Source: Marsupella aquatica (Eukaryota > Plantae > Marchantiophyta). From it: a DNA stretch of 64,000 bases. Within the stretch, counting starts at the first letter, position 1. The number at the start of each line of letters is the position of its first letter. The notes under the pieces were generated by a model. That model saw only the letters and a program-made list of their open reading frames with translations. It was not told the DNA's origin and searched no databases. This document shows, in pieces, positions 61,937 through 64,000 of the stretch. The stretch spans positions 22,523,784 through 22,587,783 of the forward strand of contig OZ316891.1 of assembly GCA_973895155.1 (NCBI GenBank), written 5' to 3'. The translations under genes and the position numbers were made by a program.

Positions 61937-64000
61937 TGTATTCTCGCAAATTGACGCACCGCAGGTCAATAGCAGAAGCTGTGGGTCCACTGAATGGCTC
62001 AAGTGCTCCCACAACAACACTAAGATGTTGCAATTCAAGCTTCGAATGATTCACATTTGGACAATGTCATGCGACGCAAAGATGCAACTCTCGCTCGCGA
62101 TCTTTCGAAGGCCCATCGATCCAAATCGTGCAATTCCAACATCGAGCATGTCTGTCAGCATGAGCATCTATAGCTTAGCACACTGCGGACGAAGAGAAAG
62201 AAAAAACAAAACTCTGGCGTTCACCGGGTTCTAAATTGCGCCCACTACGCCAGAACTCGTATACATGTGTTTCGTTCGAAATCTACAGCAGCAATTACGA
62301 ATGTGTTTTGTTGCGCATGCACGAAAGTTTTCAGTACCAAATGCACTGTCACCCTACACATCAGTCTGATCAATTGACTGATGAAAAGGACGTCACAAAA
62401 TCAACACAGCAAATCCCTTCCTATTCATCGAGGTTGGCCACACAATCAACGAAAGGCAAGTTTGGTTCCCGACATTCGAAGCACAAGGAACTCAGGAACA
62501 AGTAAGGTACGAAACAATGCACAGCCCTCTTGCTCCTCCCTCACTAAATAGCGTCTCCATTTCCTGCCATTCTCATCGTTATATGACCCAGGCAAGTTGA
62601 CACTCATCAATGGCGTGTGAACACGGAACTGTGTTGAACTCTATGTCAGGGAAGGGAACAAATATACTTGGACTTGTCTGCCACAGGGAGCTAGGCGACG
62701 GAAATGATGGTGGGAAGAAAACAAGCCCCTAGACTGATGAATGCAGTGCAGTACTGAAATAAGCTGTCGAACGGAATCTCTTTCCAAAAAGCAACGGTAC
62801 CCTGCGTGCCTACGTACGTCCGCGCATTTTCAGAGAGTACGGAGAGTCCCACATCCGCAAATGTAGAAAGCTCAAGCTATAAACTAGCTACAGTAGAGAT
62901 TGCAGTTAAAGGTCCGGTGCTTCCTATGCAAAAAGATCATAAGTCCTTGCCTGAGGGGCGGGATATTTGCATCGAGAGATTACACGTTGATATGCTGTTC
63001 AGCCAACAATCGATGAAGCAGTACACACAAGTACTTCAAAGAATTTGAGTTCGCGACGAAGGAGTTTATGAGGGAAATGATACAGCAGACAAACCGGGAA
63101 GCTTTGGACATACGAATCACTGGCATTTAGACGAGGCACCTGGTAGAATGGATTTCGGTCCAGTACAGTGCATATTTCGTGAAGAGTACTAGAGCGCGGA
63201 CCACTCCACTGTTCATAGTACGACTAGAGTCGGAAGAAAAGTGGTGGAATGGAATGACACTGCTGAAAAGAGGAATTCAAAGCCTCGAAATTCCTTTACC
63301 TTCAAGTATTCGCTTTCAGGCTTTGGCTTAAAATCTCCCTTAGAATTCGTCTCTCTGCGCAGCGAAGAGATTGAGCAACTTCAGTAGTTGACTCAGTTGA
63401 CGTACGTGGAAAAGAGAAGAAAATTAACGCGCTGCAAAGAAAGGTTTTCTAAAAGATACTCACACCGAAGGAACGACTTCAGACTCTCCAACCACATTCA
63501 TGTAACCGGAGCCGGTGGAGCCGGTGGAGGAGCACAAGTAACCCTCCTGTTCAAACGAGTTCACAAGTCACAATTCCAAGATTCGAAGTGGGCGATATTT
63601 CGTTTTGCTAAAAAATATCTGCAACTACAGCCAGAAAAGACCGAGGCAAAGACTGAAAGAAGTTGCTGAGACACGGAGTACCATTTACGAACCCACCAAT
63701 CACAGTGCTTTCTGTTTATCCACATACTCCTTCAAGGTAAGAAAAGAAATACCATTTATGAATGCACCAATCACAGTCCATTCTGTTTATGAACACAGTT
63801 CGGACTGAAGTTTCAATCAGGAACGGCAATTGGACACTTCGAGTCTACGACAGCGTGCAAATTACGAAACACGAGAGGGCTCTATTGATTCTCGAGAGAA
63901 TCTACGTACGACGTCCCAACGACCTTACTTTACACATCATCCAAGCAATGCGGAAGTAAGTGGGATGATTGAAGGTGCGCATTGGTCGATGTTCTGTGAT

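Noticed and set aside
62200-64000. Short ORFs upstream of SOX
   Set aside because: No recognisable protein motifs or consistent exon chain.

Overview
Nuclear DNA of a land plant, most likely a non-seed lineage (liverwort/moss/lycophyte-like, inferred from the APR-B gene), with spliceosomal introns and dense transposon content. Seven host genes can be reconstructed by eye: chloroplast COR413-IM (-, 6 exons, one GC-AG intron), FeS-less APS reductase APR-B (-, 9 exons), intronless 26S proteasome chaperone S5b/PSMD5 (-), Sec1-family MIP3 (-, 7 exons), an intronless and divergent cysteine-synthase (OAS-TL/BSAS) family gene (+), an RNA polymerase IV/V subunit-7-like gene with an unusual acidic WG/GW tail (+, 3 exons), and sarcosine/pipecolate oxidase (-, 2 exons). 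Mobile elements: a full-length but defective Bianca-type Ty1/copia (129-bp LTRs), a near-intact Tork/Tnt1-type Ty1/copia nested in a long-TIR element, a 5'-truncated L1-type LINE with TSD and poly(A), and several MITE-like elements and tandem repeats. Best leads: (1) the NRPD7/E7-like subunit with a putative Argonaute-hook tail and a tandem repeat directly upstream, (2) the OAS-TL homologue lacking the canonical SAT-binding loop, about 30 kb from APR-B, and (3) a single in-frame stop at the gag/pol boundary of the Tork element. Family assignments are from recalled motifs, not database searches.
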